Below, one piece after another: positions 25,001 through 41,879 of a stretch of DNA of 64,000 nt. Every line of letters starts with the position of its first letter. The stretch's first letter is position 1. The position numbers and the translations under genes were made by a program. The notes under the pieces were generated by a model. It worked only from the letters and a program-made list of their open reading frames with translations, ran no database searches and had not been told where the DNA came from. The stretch is taken from assembly GCA_036172245.1 (NCBI GenBank), contig JAYWIR010000067.1, forward strand, positions 310,001 through 374,000. Direction: 5' to 3'. Source of the DNA: Raillietiella orientalis (taxonomy: Eukaryota).

Positions 25001-25241
25001 CTGCCACTCTGGATACAAAAGCAATAAATGAATCACCATTTTTCATAACCACCCCTCAACTCCCAAAGATTTCTTTTCTTTATGTTGTATTGTTTGTAAA
25101 CATAATAACACTCACTGGTGACCAGGAAATCAATTTATCAGTGGATGGATCTTCTACCAGTTTCCACAATTTAATCAGAAAAGCAGGAATGTTACTACCA
25201 GGTAAACTATTGCTTTGATTTATGCTGTCTAACCAGTGCAT
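22037..25241 (-). CDS. Hsf: Heat shock transcription factor (about 574 aa, 9 modelled exons)
   Basis: Exons 25241-25116, 25008-24900, 24850-24726, 24335-24138, 24052-23894, 23838-23648, 23601-23218, 23169-23067, 22366-22037 (1725 nt). DNA-binding domain [16 protein letters not shown]...[21 protein letters not shown]...EFAHPYF...[38 protein letters not shown]; degenerate HR-C-like [20 protein letters not shown]. The C-terminal exon structure is less certain. Confidence 0.93.
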
Positions 25242-27335
25242 ACTGGACAACAACTCTGAAGCTTCTATGGGCTACGACACATTAGAAACAAGACATAAAC
25301 ATGCTTTTACATGCGGCATACAGAATTATATTAAAATGTAAAGATCATGATCAAACCAACAAATATAAGTACTTTTTTAGTGATACAAACAAAAAAAACT
25401 ACATTGCTGCTAACAATCCTTAGTTATGAAATTAGTTCTCATCTTTTTAACATAAACAGTGTAAATAAGAATTTTACTATAAAGGTTATATCCATTTTGT
25501 TGCAATTTAAATTTTGGTGGCCATGCAGATCACCTGAGATCTTCCATATGACCCCAAACCTTGTACCTACATTGCTTGATCTACACACATGAATGAAATA
25601 AAAAAATAAGCATGGTATTTCAATAAACATCAGTATCTAATTTTTTGGCATCACAGTAACATTATAACATTTAAGTGAACACCAGGGAAGATTACAAAAA
25701 GAAAAAGTACGCCAGCTGTATTTATTTTAACATGAGCTATTTGTTTTTTTTCTTTTTTTTTGCACCATAACATTTCATGCTTTTTCACACTTGTGTCCAC
25801 AATCATGTGAAACACAAACATGAATTGAAATGGAAAATCTATTTTCATAAAGACCACTAACAAGGGTTCCAACCAATCTATGAAATACCTGTCTTCACAT
25901 AACTCGAAGTACCAAAATATTTTCCTGTAAAACTATTTGAACAATAAGCATTTAAAACACACACTAAGCAAAACAAACAATAACTTTGAATGAGTTGAAA
26001 TTTTGAAACACGTGGCAAACAGATTACACAGAAAGTAGTTTGAAACAAGTTGCAACTGAGGATTTGAATCTGGATCTTGCAGCAATTTCTGTAGTTCTAC
26101 AGGAAAATGGAAAAAGTATTTGTTAAATCTGAATTAAAAATAAACAAAATTCATTGAAAACAATCTTTCATGAGTAATGATGATTCATGATGTCGATCTC
26201 CTTATTCACCCTATGCAGAACCACAATCATGATGCTTTGATACAAGAGTTTTCATCTTTGTCTATAATATCGACAGTTAGGGAGAATATACAGTTTTGAA
26301 GATTGAAAACATGGAAGAACAAAAAACTTTCAGCGCATCATAATCACGGAATTTCATCTTACATATTGCACACTGAGCAAAAAGTGATGTAGCAAATCTG
26401 TTTTTAAACTAATAAATTATTTATTTTACATAAATATACATGAAAGAATCCATTACCTCTGAAACAGAGTTCAAGATTTGTGCAAAAGATTACTGATAAT
26501 AAAAGTTTATCTATTAATCAAAGGTGATATAATTTACATGATCTTAATAACAAGGCAAACCTTACACAACTAGAAATCATGAGCCTGATAACGTCATGAT
26601 ATCAATTGGATTAGTTTGCTTACATTTGACAATCGCTAAAGCAACACTGGTCTGGTTGCCTTCCAAAATTATAACTGCTTGTTATCATAAGGTGAAAAAA
26701 GCATACACATTAATAATATCTGACTGTTAAGCAGCAATTCATTTTCAATATCCAATACGATTATACTTTGGGATTCCTTTGTTTTGGTTTTTCGAAATTA
26801 AGTCTTATTGCTTTGTTTCTGAACAAAACAAACAAGCAGATGCAAGATCACTGCATTCACTAGAAACGGATTAATCAACTGCTACGAAAGCACTGAATCA
26901 CACTAAATGAAAATTCAATACCATTCGACTTGGACTTTTCTGAAAAGGGGGGAAAAAAGAGTACCGAGTACGTACCATTAGTTTCGGTCTGGTATTCCCA
27001 CAATTTAAACAGCGTACATTTCTACAGCAACACCTTCATAGCTCGACCTGAAAGAGGTGCAAATTAGTTTGCCATCGGCTCACTGTACACTCCTGCATCA
27101 AGTGATCAGAGTACAGGCACACATGTCAACCACACAGGCAGAGGAAAGTCTTTCCGAGGGAACAATCGTCAGATGACTTCACGGGATGCACTCGGACGGC
27201 ACACTTCGCTCACGGCCCTTGTGCACGGTTCCCGCGAGGAAATCCACTTTCCGTCCCTTTCCAGGCCGAGAGATAAAACAAAGATTTCACAAGGATGCTG
27301 GATGCATGCACGCACGGATCTACCAAACAAACGAG

Positions 27336-27359
27336 TGCTGCTGCTGCTGCTGCTGCTGC
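27336..27359 (+). repeat. (TGC)8 trinucleotide repeat
   Basis: Directly visible. Confidence 0.95.
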
Positions 27360-27849
27360 GCACGACTCACGCCGTTCCATCTTACCTTCCCTCACCGCAA
27401 GGAAAGAATGGCACGTTTTCGCTTTGTTGTGCTCGTGATAAACCCACGCACGGGGGGGAAGGGGGAGGGGGAGGGGGGTGGAAGTCTCACGACAATCCCA
27501 GGTTGTGCAGCGTGCAAAAATTTTCAGGATGTCTTGCCGATCCAGGGCTCCAAACAGCGTTGTGAACGGTCCAGAAGTGGAATTACTTTGTTCCAGTCCC
27601 TACGGTGATGTTGCCAAGAGGTGCCCACTGCCCTCGTTGGATACGGAGTGCATGGGTTGGAGAGGGAATGACCTTCTGTTTAGCCAGCCAAGCATTAGAC
27701 GTCTGAAGCTTCCCCCACCCCCCAGGTCAACTCATGTTGTTCGAAACTTGTGTTCCTTTCCATCGGAAGGGAGGAGCAGTGTTTATGGAGGCTGTTTGTG
27801 AAGGCAGCTTTTCTTCACGATTGATCAAAATTTCCTGAAGAGAGGATTT

Positions 27850-29100
27850 GGTTCGCTGGAAACTTGGACCAAAATGATGAGGGAGTATTTAGATCCCCAA
27901 CAATCGTGGCATGGCAATATAATTTTTATAGAGAGGGTGTGTGTTATACTTTTGTTGTTTCGCAGAAAAAGAGTCCAAGTGGATCAGTTTATGTATTCCT
28001 CAGAGGACACCTTCACAGGACCCCGTAAGGGAATTCCGTTGTTGAAGGCCCTTTTCACACCAATGCAATCTTTCATATGCCATTTTTTACGCTTGAAAAG
28101 AACAGGAATTCCTTCCCAGGTTTTTTCTTGAGCAGAGATGGATTTCAGACTGGTCTTGAGACTATGCCTATTCTATCCTCAGCCTAATGGGAATTCTCTT
28201 CGGGAACCCAAGAAACGCTACTGTGTTCAGGTAAGGAATAAAGAGGCATGAACCAGCTAAATGGACACTCGGAAAGGTAGATGCGGGCGCGTTATTCACC
28301 ACCACTAGCACTCTCTTTCTGCATATGCCTATCATTCAAAAAACGGACCGTGAGTGAAATCATGATGGAGCGCTCTGTAGCCCTCTTTTCCTTGAGGGTG
28401 GATCCTATCCAACCCTCTTTTCCGAGGTATCTTCCAATTCGCGGATGAGGAGGGAAGAAGAAAAGATAGGAAAGGCGAAGCTCATCTTTGCGAAGTCCGC
28501 AGCTTGGAAAGTGAAAAAAGGAGCCTTATTTTTCCTTTCTTTTTTCGGTCTAGAGGGAGAAAAAAATAGGCAAAAAGAAGGAAGGAGCAATATCTCTTAA
28601 GAACTGCCTGGCTGGAAAAGGCTTCAAACTGCAATTAACTCAACTTTCGCCGCGCTAGCTGAGCTCTTTCCTGGAGTTTTGGCATGGCTAATGAACCAAC
28701 AGGTTGCAGCACCCCAACGGAGCGAAAGATAAATCATCTTTCGTAGAGACTGCGATGGAGTGAGGGCTAAATCCGAAAAGAGTGTGGTCATTCGTTCGAG
28801 ATAATTCTTCTAAAGTAGTTGGCAAGGGTTTTGCTGAATAACAGAAGAGTCACGCAGGGACGAGAGTGAACACTCCATCAGCTGAGCTCTGTTGGCTAAA
28901 TGGAGATGGGGTATTCCTGAAAGAGATTACGTTTCGCGCTGAGATTCCATACGTAAGGGATGGCATGGTAGGTACAGTCGGGAGAAAGAGACCTTACAAG
29001 TCAAGAAAAGAGATGTGAACGAAGTGAAGGACAGCTCTTCCAGACTGACAATCTCTCTTCTCGTTGGCGTCCTTACTATAAAGGAGGCGGTACCCAAAGA
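27850..29100 (+). mobile_element. Very decayed LINE ORF2 relic (endonuclease to RT start)
   Basis: Scattered motifs such as RVCVILLL..FMYSS, PYVRDG and LSSRWRP in a GC-richer island. Confidence 0.35.
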
Positions 29101-29379
29101 TGAGTTTTCAGATTTATGAATACCTTAAGCGTTCAGTACATAATATTCCATAGTATAGTTAAAAAATTATATTGAATAATAAAATTCAAATCTGAAAAAC
29201 TAGAAACTAAAAAATTAGTTTACAGTTTTTCATAATTCTATGAGTGTTAAAAGTTGTTGTGGCTTAAGTATTTTTAATCTGTACATCTTGGAAATAATAT
29301 ATAAATTTAGTGTTACAGTATCATTCATTAATAAAATCTGGAAGCAAATCCATATGCTACATGGGGGTAGCATTTTGGA

Positions 29380-29870
29380 TGACAGCCGGAGGGCGGCACT
29401 GACAAGTGACTTAGGCGAGCACTCATCTTTATTGCACAGACGACGGGAAGAGCGCCGAGATATCAGCGGGTTATGGTAGTTCTCCTCTGATGGAAGGGGA
29501 AACTTTAAGTTCTATGCTTCCAGGTAGACTTGCCACGTCTCATCTCTGAAGCCCTCATCTCATTAAGTGAGAGGCTTTCTCTGTCTTACGTAAGCATCTT
29601 CCAAGATGCCGGTAGGTCTCACAATTCTTTCGAGACCTTTTCTCTGCTTCCTGTTGTTCCTGCCACGATGGAAGTGGAAGTGATGGACGGGGCTACACGA
29701 TGTGCTGCGCGGAGTCTTGTGCTTTCAAACCACCTTTCCTTGCCAATGACTTGAAACAGACAGTCCTTTTGTCAGTCTCATTATGCCCTTGTTCAGATAC
29801 TTCCATCTGTTTGATGCCTGATTTTACCTAGTCGTCCTCGTCCCTTCTATTAGCAGAAATCTAGAGAAGG
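29380..29870 (-). mobile_element. LINE ORF2 post-RT relic
   Basis: SLARKGGLKAQD resembles LCPSRKGG at about 60820-60850 and the L1-type GGL motif. Confidence 0.35.
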
Positions 29871-31157
29871 GAAAAGCAAAATGACATGGAACACAGTCGG
29901 TTTGTATTAAGCATGTCACGAGAACCTCACAAGTATCTGCGTGGAGCAAGCTCGTGAACTCAGATTCTTGCTAACCCAGAAACAATTAGTTCAGAAAAGC
30001 ATTACTGATTCCATACGCATCCATTTGAAATTCTTCCTTTCTTGCTTTGAATTTTCAGCTATGCAAAAGGTAATGCTATTATTTTCCATTAGTATTGATT
30101 TCAACTGCAAAAATTAAGTGCATACACAGACATGATGTAGGAATTACGAGAATATCACACATGGAATTCTATTAACAGCTTGCTCTTTATGGTAAAATGT
30201 CTCTATCATGACAAACTTAATTTTTTCTGATGCTACCTTCATCACCTTGCATCATGAAAGGCACGTATTCCATATTTAATATTCATAAATTTGGGAGCTT
30301 GTATCCTAGACAATTTGACTATTTAGCTTGGCATGCTTAAAACTAGTTTAAATTCGGTTTGCAAATAATTACATTTTTCTTGGAAGGTTGTTTTCTTTCA
30401 TTATAATTTTACTTTTATGAATTCTTGGAACCTAGCTATTTTTCACTCGACATTTCTCATAAACCATTAAATTTACTAGGTAGAAGAAAAAGCATTCTGT
30501 TGCTTCTACCCACTGGAGAAGTTTTTCAAGCATAGTGCTTCTTAGTACTATTTTTCCTTTTTGAAGCCTGGGAAGTCTATGTAACGGATCATTGAAGAGT
30601 TAAGATATAGAGGTTACACAGAAGCATTTTCGTGAAGAGATGTAAATTATGCCAGTAGTAATGGATAACTTGTTTTGGATGGATAACTTTTTTGAAATTC
30701 CATTTTTAAGTACCAACCACTCGATTTTATAAGCCATCCTTCAATTCGGAAACATCTCAACTTCTTTTCTCTGCATATGGCAATCCCCATACTGTAATGG
30801 GAACTGAATTCTGGAATTAGTGACGGATCTGGAGACTGCCACAGAGAATTCAAGTAAAAAAAATCTTTTCATCAGTTTCGGTTTTATGGAGATCTGCTTT
30901 TGAAAGGCACAATTCCGGAACACTTGGAAACTAAATTTGTAGCAGTCTTGATTTCAACTTTCAAATTTCTTTTTCTTCATCCGTTCGGAAGAAACATTTT
31001 TCACATTGATGTTTCCAACCACTTCATGTGTTTTTGTATATCTTGCACGTGTTGAGTTGAGTTTTGTCTGTAGATAGCAAAGGATGGTAGGCCTGCGTAA
31101 TTCTCCAATGTGTTTTTGACATTGCACTGCAGTGGTCATTTGCCCGAATTTTGGACC

Positions 31158-34446
<3,289 letters not shown>

Positions 34447-36149
34447 CATTAGAAATCGTCAAGGAATCGTATTTTTTAGCAGTGCACGAATTTTCATCTA
34501 AGATTCCATCCCAAGCTGCTTTTACGATTTATCTGTTAGCGTGGTGTACCCTTGTTGCTATTCTATGATTTTCCAGTGAGGTTTTGCTGCAGTTGCATTA
34601 AGTTTCTATGCCTTGTACTGGAATCAATTTGCAATACATATGGCAATATTTTAAGTATTCCATTATTCATTGACTCGTGTTTAAGACCTGGAAGGTTTAC
34701 TTTTACATCATATTAGTTATTATAGTTACATCATGCATATTGTCTGTGGTAATTTGCTTATGTGCTGTAATCCACTGATGGAGAAAGTTTCGACTTATTT
34801 AGTGCTGTCATTGGAACTGTTGTAGTTTGAACTTCATATTTTCTGTAAGCAGAATTACTGCGATAACCTTGTGATGAATTCAAATAAGAATTTCAAGAAC
34901 AGGTATCAATTACTGATTCACGTTTCGAAATGTTTACACAGCACAGCGTGAGTATATTCAGAGTTTAGATATTAGGAGCGGAAATTCAAGGACCCAGTGA
35001 AATGCAGTTAAATCAGAGAACTAAAGAAATCACAAGATTTGCATGATTAAGCGATTTAAAGTCATTTCCAGACGAGTTTTTGAGTGACCAAAAAAATACA
35101 TTAGATATCTTTCAGTCAATTATCCCTCATGTCCTCAGCATCAGTAAAGAACAGGTTTAGATACACAAAATCCAAATATACATTGTAATTGTTTCATGAT
35201 TAAGGCATCAGTCTTGGCTTGTGCCTGACAACTTCCTTATATTAAAATTCCTGTATGTACCAGTATTATTGCACCAGTAATGAGAAGGTATACAAAAAAA
35301 GACAGGTAAGATTTGCAGTGTTTTAGCTTTATGCGTGTGAAGCTGTCACATTTTTCAACCCTTGAGTGGTTTGATCACGCAATTGGAGTGCTGCAATTTA
35401 GCAGGATGACTGATAACCTTTTTCAAAATAACGAATTTTACTTCATTTCTCGGAGCTTTGAGATACTTTTTTGTATGCACGGGAGCTACTCATTGTTATT
35501 CGCAATGGTTTATCCTGTATATTGCACAACTCACAATTTAATATATATATATAAATTTTAGGGAGTGTAGTGAAAGATGGAAAAATAATTTGAATTGATC
35601 CTTAGGAAGTTTCGCTAATGTGCAAACAGCTGCGATTAAGTCTAATAGTAAAGTTCATGTTGACATCTTTTATTCATAATGAAAATGCAAACTTTGCATT
35701 TATTTATTGTAAGTTTGTAAAATGGAATCAAGTATTTGGTATAGGCAATGGGCAAGCAAGCAATGAGGCAGGAGAGGACAATTTGAAGAGTTTGTTTGAT
35801 AGTTGATCATCTGCAAACTTTAGTTTTCTCATGTATCTGTTTCTCATGTAGCTGTTGTTTAGAAGCAAGCAGTTTTATTAATGAAAGATAATTGAGAGGT
35901 CTAATTTAGATTCAGTATGACAAGGAAGAAAGTGGACTACGATATATCAATTTTGGATGAGTAAACCATGTTTTGTATCGGAATAGGATTTAATTGTGAG
36001 TTTATCGAGAATGAGAGATTGATCATAATAATCACCGAGTACAAATCGCGTGTTGATCTGGTAGAATTTCGATAAGTTGTAACACACATCTTGCGGTACT
36101 GATGTACAGTAAGGTGTGCACAGGTAAGCAGAAGTGAGATCATGCTTAA

Positions 36150-37270
36150 TTCAGTTTCGTCTCCCCTCTCCTGCTTTCTTCAGAACTGGACCTTATCGTT
36201 TTGACAGCAAACTACGAGTCAGGATAACTGAATCCGATAAAGTAGGAAATCCCTCAATGATTCCATTGATTCCATTCGTGAAAAATGGTCTCCAGAACAT
36301 TATAGCGTAGATACTTGGAAGAAGTTCTGCAAAAGTCGATCATCTCCAGTATTTCAAGATAGAGGAGGAAATTTCCATAGTCTAAACTTATCAATTCAAT
36401 AGGTACTTCCCTTCATGTATCTATAGCACAACAAACGAATTTTCAGCAAAATCAAACAATCCAGCTCATCCTGAATCCTGAATGGCTGAAAAGTTGCCAA
36501 CTACAGTCCTTGCACTTGACTATCATAGATGGTGTGAGACTCTCAAGAGCACTTCAAGAAGTGAGAGACTTTCATAAATGCTAGAATGAGGAATGCTCCA
36601 TTGCGAGTATGATTCTACAGGTGAGATTTTGCTAATCAATTATCGCTTCTAGTAAGGATAAAAGCTTACGAAAGATTGAAAACTCAGCACAAGACTTTCT
36701 GGACTCGCACTTGCATTCCTTCCCTAGAAGGAAACAAACAGTATGAATCGATGATGAGTACTCCTCCATCTTTAGACCGTTCGATCTTTCAATTATCAGC
36801 TGTACTCTCTGCTCGTTTTAATCATCGTAATGAACGTATTTCTCGATATGCCAGAGCACCCAGTCTATAAAAATTTCCAAACCACTTTCGAAGTCTTTCA
36901 AATTGGGTTTCAAATATTTTGAGTGAAGCAGGCAGTCATGGGACCCGAATTCATTGTCCTCAGTTTCCTCAACGCTTCAAAGTCAACCTCACGTATTTTA
37001 AGGAGCATCTTTTGTATTCCACATCCGTGCACACTACACGACGAGTGACGGGAGTTCTCCGTGCCGTCTTAGAGACAGACTCCATTCTCCCTGGAAGCCA
37101 TCAGTTTGGGAAAAATACTTGCATTTCTTCATCTAATTCTGTGCAGAAACACCATGGTTGCGAAGGCTCTTCGTGAAGCATCGTTCTCCGTGATTGTAGG
37201 CATGGGCAGCGATGACAGTCGCTAGGCTCACAGGAGCAAGAGGCCCTACTTTCCTTCTTAGACTTAAGAA
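36150..37270 (-). mobile_element. Decayed LINE endonuclease/linker relic
   Basis: LATVIAAHAYN resembles the endonuclease VINVYAP strand; composition similar to other LINE relics. Confidence 0.3.
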
Positions 37271-37282
37271 TACGCTGGTTTT

Positions 37283-37535
37283 TGCTTCCTCTGCCTGAAA
37301 TGCTCATTGTCTTCCTCTCCTCCCTTTCTTTCCATCTCGTCCATGTCTACTTTCCTCTTCCTGCTCTCTGGCCTCCCTTTTTCACTCCCCCTCCTAGATC
37401 CTCTTCCTGGCTCTCCCGTTTCCCTTTTTACATTCGTCTCCTTGCCACCTCCTCTTCTCTGTTCTGCCTTCCTCTCACATCCTTGTCCACTTCTCTCAAC
37501 CCTTACCCCTCTTTCTAACGTTCTGCCTCCCTTGC
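37283..37535. repeat. Low-complexity polypyrimidine/polypurine tract
   Basis: About 250 bp strongly C/T-rich on the plus strand. Confidence 0.85.
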
Positions 37536-37849
37536 CGTTCCCACGACTAGCATTCCAACGGTACGCTTTAGAGATGCTTGACCCGTGGGTAGTATGCTTG
37601 TAAGGGTGGTATGGTTTCAATCACTAGGACTTCAATTGGTGTCTGGAGAAGCAGTAGTGTATCATCAGAAGAATGCCTGAGCAAGCATTCCATAGCCATT
37701 ATTCACCTATTTCTTTATTTCTTTGCCGGCACCATCCACTTTACATAGTGCTACCACAGACTGAAGGTAGTACACAAAATTCCACTGCGCCACTGACGGT
37801 GGCTCATGCTCTCAATCTTCTACATGCTGCTTGCTGCAGATAGTTGCAC

Positions 37850-38480
37850 TGCAGGTTGATTCGTGCTCTCAGGCATTCATGCCCTCACTCTCGTATACAC
37901 ATGATCGTTGTATTCCGAGACTCTGCATACACGTATTGACGATACAGGTATGGCAAATATTGTCGTAACTATGTAGCGAATGACAGAATGACAGGTATCT
38001 TTCAGTTTCATAACAAAGAATATACAAATATCTGACTTTGTGAGGATGATATGCAAATCTTTTCTATTGTGCAGCTGCAAAATTTCAGTTATTAGGCTTG
38101 AATGGTCATAATTAAGTGCCGCGTTTGACCTTGCGGAAATAACCAAATAAGTGCTAGCTATTTTTTGTAACCACATATGTATATCATTGATTTCTCCTTA
38201 AATGTGCTGGAATCGTGGCCGCTAAATAAGACAACATTTTGATCTTAGCCAAAAGATCGAGAAGCGAAATGATTATGAAGTGCTTTTAAATTCAGATTTC
38301 CATGATTCTGATAACATGCTCAAAGTAATTAGGAACCTCTTATGCACGGGAGTCTGACTAAGAAGGGAAAATGTAAGGAGTGATGCTTTTCATATGCCAT
38401 CATTCACAGGCAATGTGTGTGGCATATTGCATAGAGTGTCGACTGTCATTGTCGACTTTTTATTTCATGGATGTAGGGGA
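37850..38480 (-). mobile_element. hAT-like transposase relic
   Basis: IVTTIFAIPVSSIRVCRV resembles the hAT C-terminal dimerisation motif (IP.SS...ER.FS); ICHTHCL near 38400-38430 resembles the CxxH motif. Confidence 0.45.
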
Positions 38481-39793
38481 ATGAAAAGGAAGAAATAGAT
38501 TGTTCCTGAATAAGTTGACTCAAAAGTTTGTAGTTGACGACGAATTAACAAGGCAGGCGCAAGTAGCTGAAAAATCAGATTTTACATTTGTGTTTTAAAA
38601 ATTGGGTAAATTTGCTGGATTCTGAATTCCGATTTCATAATGTGATCGTTTAATTCTCGTTTAATTCTGCAGTCTCTCATTCCTTCATTCACATTACTTT
38701 GACAGATGTTTCATGAAACAGATCCTCTGATGAAATAAACAAACCTGACCAGAGCTGGAAAAGCAATTTTATGTTCTGACAAGATCATTATGGGGATGGT
38801 TTCCGAAGAATCACTTCAAAGTTTGACAGTTCTACGTGTCGTTTGAAATCCTTCCAAGACAAACATGACAATACATGCGTGTATTGAAAGATTGAATAAT
38901 AAGGGGAAATCATTTGTGGTGGAAGTTATGGTGATCGTTCGGCCACTGTGCTAAAAAATTTGCTGGCATAAAGTTTAGCGTATAGAAAATAAACAAAGAT
39001 TAATATTAAACCTTGCATGGCAGATTGGTAACACTCAGACACAACGCTTGAGCTTCGTCGTGATGCTACGCGATGGTTTCGCGCAACCCATTTTGTAGCT
39101 TCGGCTATTAAAACAAAATTTTTCTTTCCAGGTGCTTGTTACAGGCTTGCCTGACATGTCTGAATTGAAAACTGATCACAAAAATAAGTCAAAATCGTGG
39201 GGTGTTGTTGGCGGAAGTTGTTTACTGCCTGCAGCTTCTTTCGGTGCAGCATCGATGATGAGTGACCCAAGTGTGTTTGGTTGCCAACACGTGTCAAGCC
39301 AGTCCTATCATTCAGCTTTTTAAGACGGAAATCGAATGCTTTCCACTTTTGATTTAGGATTTGAACTTGTACTTAGCAAGGTATTTTGTGATGCAGAAAG
39401 GATCTGAATCCGAATCTTATTGGCATTTGCTCTGTTAAAGAACATTTGCTAGAATCCTGAGATTTTAGCCTCAGTATTTGAGAACTCATGCGTTTATATT
39501 TAAAATCCATCATAAGCAGCATGTTATTGAACCTATTTGCCCAAGAAGAACAACCACGACTGTTTGCCATGTTTGCATCTTCCCTGTTATGTGGAGATTC
39601 CGTGCAAAGACAGGTAACCATAAACACTGATTAGTGAGGTGAAGGAAAGACACGGTGACTTCATCAGCAATCCGTATTGTTTGTTTGTTAAAGTATGTTT
39701 GTTACACATTTATTTTCCCATTATTGACTCACACATAACTGGATAGGAAAGAACTCTTTTTTACTGCTGCAAAGTCTTTCAAATTTTGACAAG

Positions 39794-40867
39794 ATGTTCA
39801 TGCATCAAAAACTAATAACTCAACTGAAGTACCTGAATTGCTTTTTGATTGTATCCACAGTGTTGTGGATCCTTGGTATTGTAGATAAAGTTTTCGAGTT
39901 ATCTCTGGAAGACAAGCACATGCACCTGATTTTCAGTTGTGATCTTGAGGAATCAAGGATGAAAGAAAAAAATGGTGATGTGCCGAATATAGAAGGAATT
40001 CGCTTGCATCAATTTGAATACCTTCATAATGCAAGTAATGTGTGCTTTGGAAAACATCCTCAATTACTGTACGTTGTTAAATCTTATATTGTTCATAAAG
40101 AACAAAGAATGGTTATAAGGCAGACTTGGGGATATACAAGAAGATTTTCAGATGTGCATATACAAACAGTGTTTCTTTTAGGCATGCCGCCTGATAAGAA
40201 TTCGGCAGACATTGATCTGGAAAGTGCCTTGTACAAAGATATAGTTCAAGCAAATTTTCATGATTCATATTCTAATATTACAATAAAAGTATGGTTAGGT
40301 CTGAAGTGGGTTGTGAGGTTTTGTCCAACAGCCAGATTTATTGTTTTTGTTGATGATGACTATTATGTGTCAACCAAGAACATGCTTCGATTTATTCGAA
40401 ATCCTCAAAATTATCCCGCCTATTTGCAACAGCCATACACAAGTGTTACTGAATTCATAGATCAGCCCCATCCAGTGAAACAGTTTGAGCTGTATGCAGG
40501 ATATGTTTTTTCGGCAGCATCAGTTAAGCGTATGCGATTCAGTAAGTGGTATATAAGTCTTAAAGATTATCCTTTTAATCAGTGGCCACCATATGTAACA
40601 GGTGGTACAGTTGTTCTTTCACAGACTGTTGTACTAGATATGTATTATGCTAGCCATTGTACAAAATATTTGCCATTTGATGATGTGTACTTTGGTTTTA
40701 TGGCTTTGTTAGTGCAAGTACCACCACTGCATAATGAAGAGTTTCATTTCTGGCACAAAGTTTATAAACGCTATAACTACAAGTATGTAATTTCAAGTCA
40801 TGGTTTTTCAAATCCAGAGGTATTAATGAAAATATGGAATGAACAGCTTAGTTTAGGGAATGCATAG
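39794..40867 (+). CDS. brn: Brainiac-like GT31 beta-1,3-glycosyltransferase, 357 aa, single coding exon
   Basis: Uninterrupted ORF with an N-terminal type II membrane anchor and GT31 motifs VVKS, RMVIRQTWG, DIVQANFHDSYSNITIK, FVDDDYYVS, WPPYVTGG, FDDVYFG; RRFSDVHIQTVFLLG is characteristic of brainiac. Confidence 0.92.
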   Translation: MFMHQKLITQLKYLNCFLIVSTVLWILGIVDKVFELSLEDKHMHLIFSCDLEESRMKEKNGDVPNIEGIRLHQFEYLHNASNVCFGKHPQLLYVVKSYIVHKEQRMVIRQTWGYTRRFSDVHIQTVFLLGMPPDKNSADIDLESALYKDIVQANFHDSYSNITIKVWLGLKWVVRFCPTARFIVFVDDDYYVSTKNMLRFIRNPQNYPAYLQQPYTSVTEFIDQPHPVKQFELYAGYVFSAASVKRMRFSKWYISLKDYPFNQWPPYVTGGTVVLSQTVVLDMYYASHCTKYLPFDDVYFGFMALLVQVPPLHNEEFHFWHKVYKRYNYKYVISSHGFSNPEVLMKIWNEQLSLGNA

Positions 40868-41519
40868 TGCAGTTTGTTTTCTGTGATTAGTGACATCATG
40901 GAAACCAACTTTTCTTGTGTTTTCCCTTTTTTCTGTGATAGTAGAATTGTGTACAGTTTTAACAGTCAAAATGTACCTTTTCAACAGAAAGTGTGCTAGT
41001 TTATCTAAGTGTGATAAAATGTAAATATAAAATGCATTTTTACAAGTTCAATTTCTTAGCTTCCTCATTTCCTTTCCTCTTCCTGATCCCCTTTTTAAAG
41101 ATAAACTTGCTACTACCAGGGATAGTAGCAAGTTCATGTGCACTGAAAAGTGATAATGCAATTATTGAGAAGAATTATATTTCTAAAATATTTTCTGAAG
41201 AATGGTTACATGATTAGAGTAATTTTCAGCTGCACATTGGGATTTTATTCACTTGTAAAACCAAGAAATATCTTCATAATTCAATTCATGGCTTTCATGG
41301 AAGGCAGTGTTGTTATGTCATGCATCTCCAGATGGGTGGTTGCAGAACAATATACTTCTATCTAAACAGCCTTGCTGTTAGCACATTTATTTCCCTCCCA
41401 AAGGCCTTTTTATTGTTTGGTGCTCTGTACCTTCAATTCTGATTGAAAAGCTGATTCCTTGGAGATAACTCTCGATGTCATTTGGCAAAACTAATGAATC
41501 TTTTCCTTTGCATTACACA

Positions 41520-41870
41520 TTATGCACTTTTCTTTCTTGATCTGGATTTCCAGTGGACAAAGGCTATCATCCTAGGTAGATTTTCCCTCCAGTAAAAGCA
41601 TCCCAGTAGTATCAGGAGCTTCAGCAAATTTTGCTTCATTGACCACTGAATAATGAACGATTTTGCTTGGATTATGACAAGATAATTCATTGAACAGGAA
41701 GTTGAGAATTTCAGAATTGAAGGTGCCTGGTGCCCTTCCAGAAATTAAAAATATGCATGCCTTCATATTTTCAGTTTGTTTGCCAGTGCCGGCACAATTT
41801 CAGAGTTGTTTGGTGATACAACTTACTAGACCTGCAAAAAAATTCAACTGTTATCTGAAGTGCATCGCAG
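41520..41870 (-). mobile_element. Possible pogo/DDE transposase relic
   Basis: RHAYF*FLEGHQAP resembles the LLILDGHSSH catalytic segment; weak. Confidence 0.25.
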
Positions 41871-41879
41871 ATGAAGAGG

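Noticed and set aside
25250..31150. Heat shock elements for Hsf autoregulation
   Set aside because: Only two-unit nTTCnnGAAn matches were seen, as expected by chance.
35050..35160. Exon-like frame DLKSFPDEFLSDQKNTLDIFQ ending at a GT
   Set aside because: Preceded by an in-frame stop, with no clear acceptor or partner exons.
37264..37620. 118 aa charged ORF
   Set aside because: Translation of a low-complexity purine tract.
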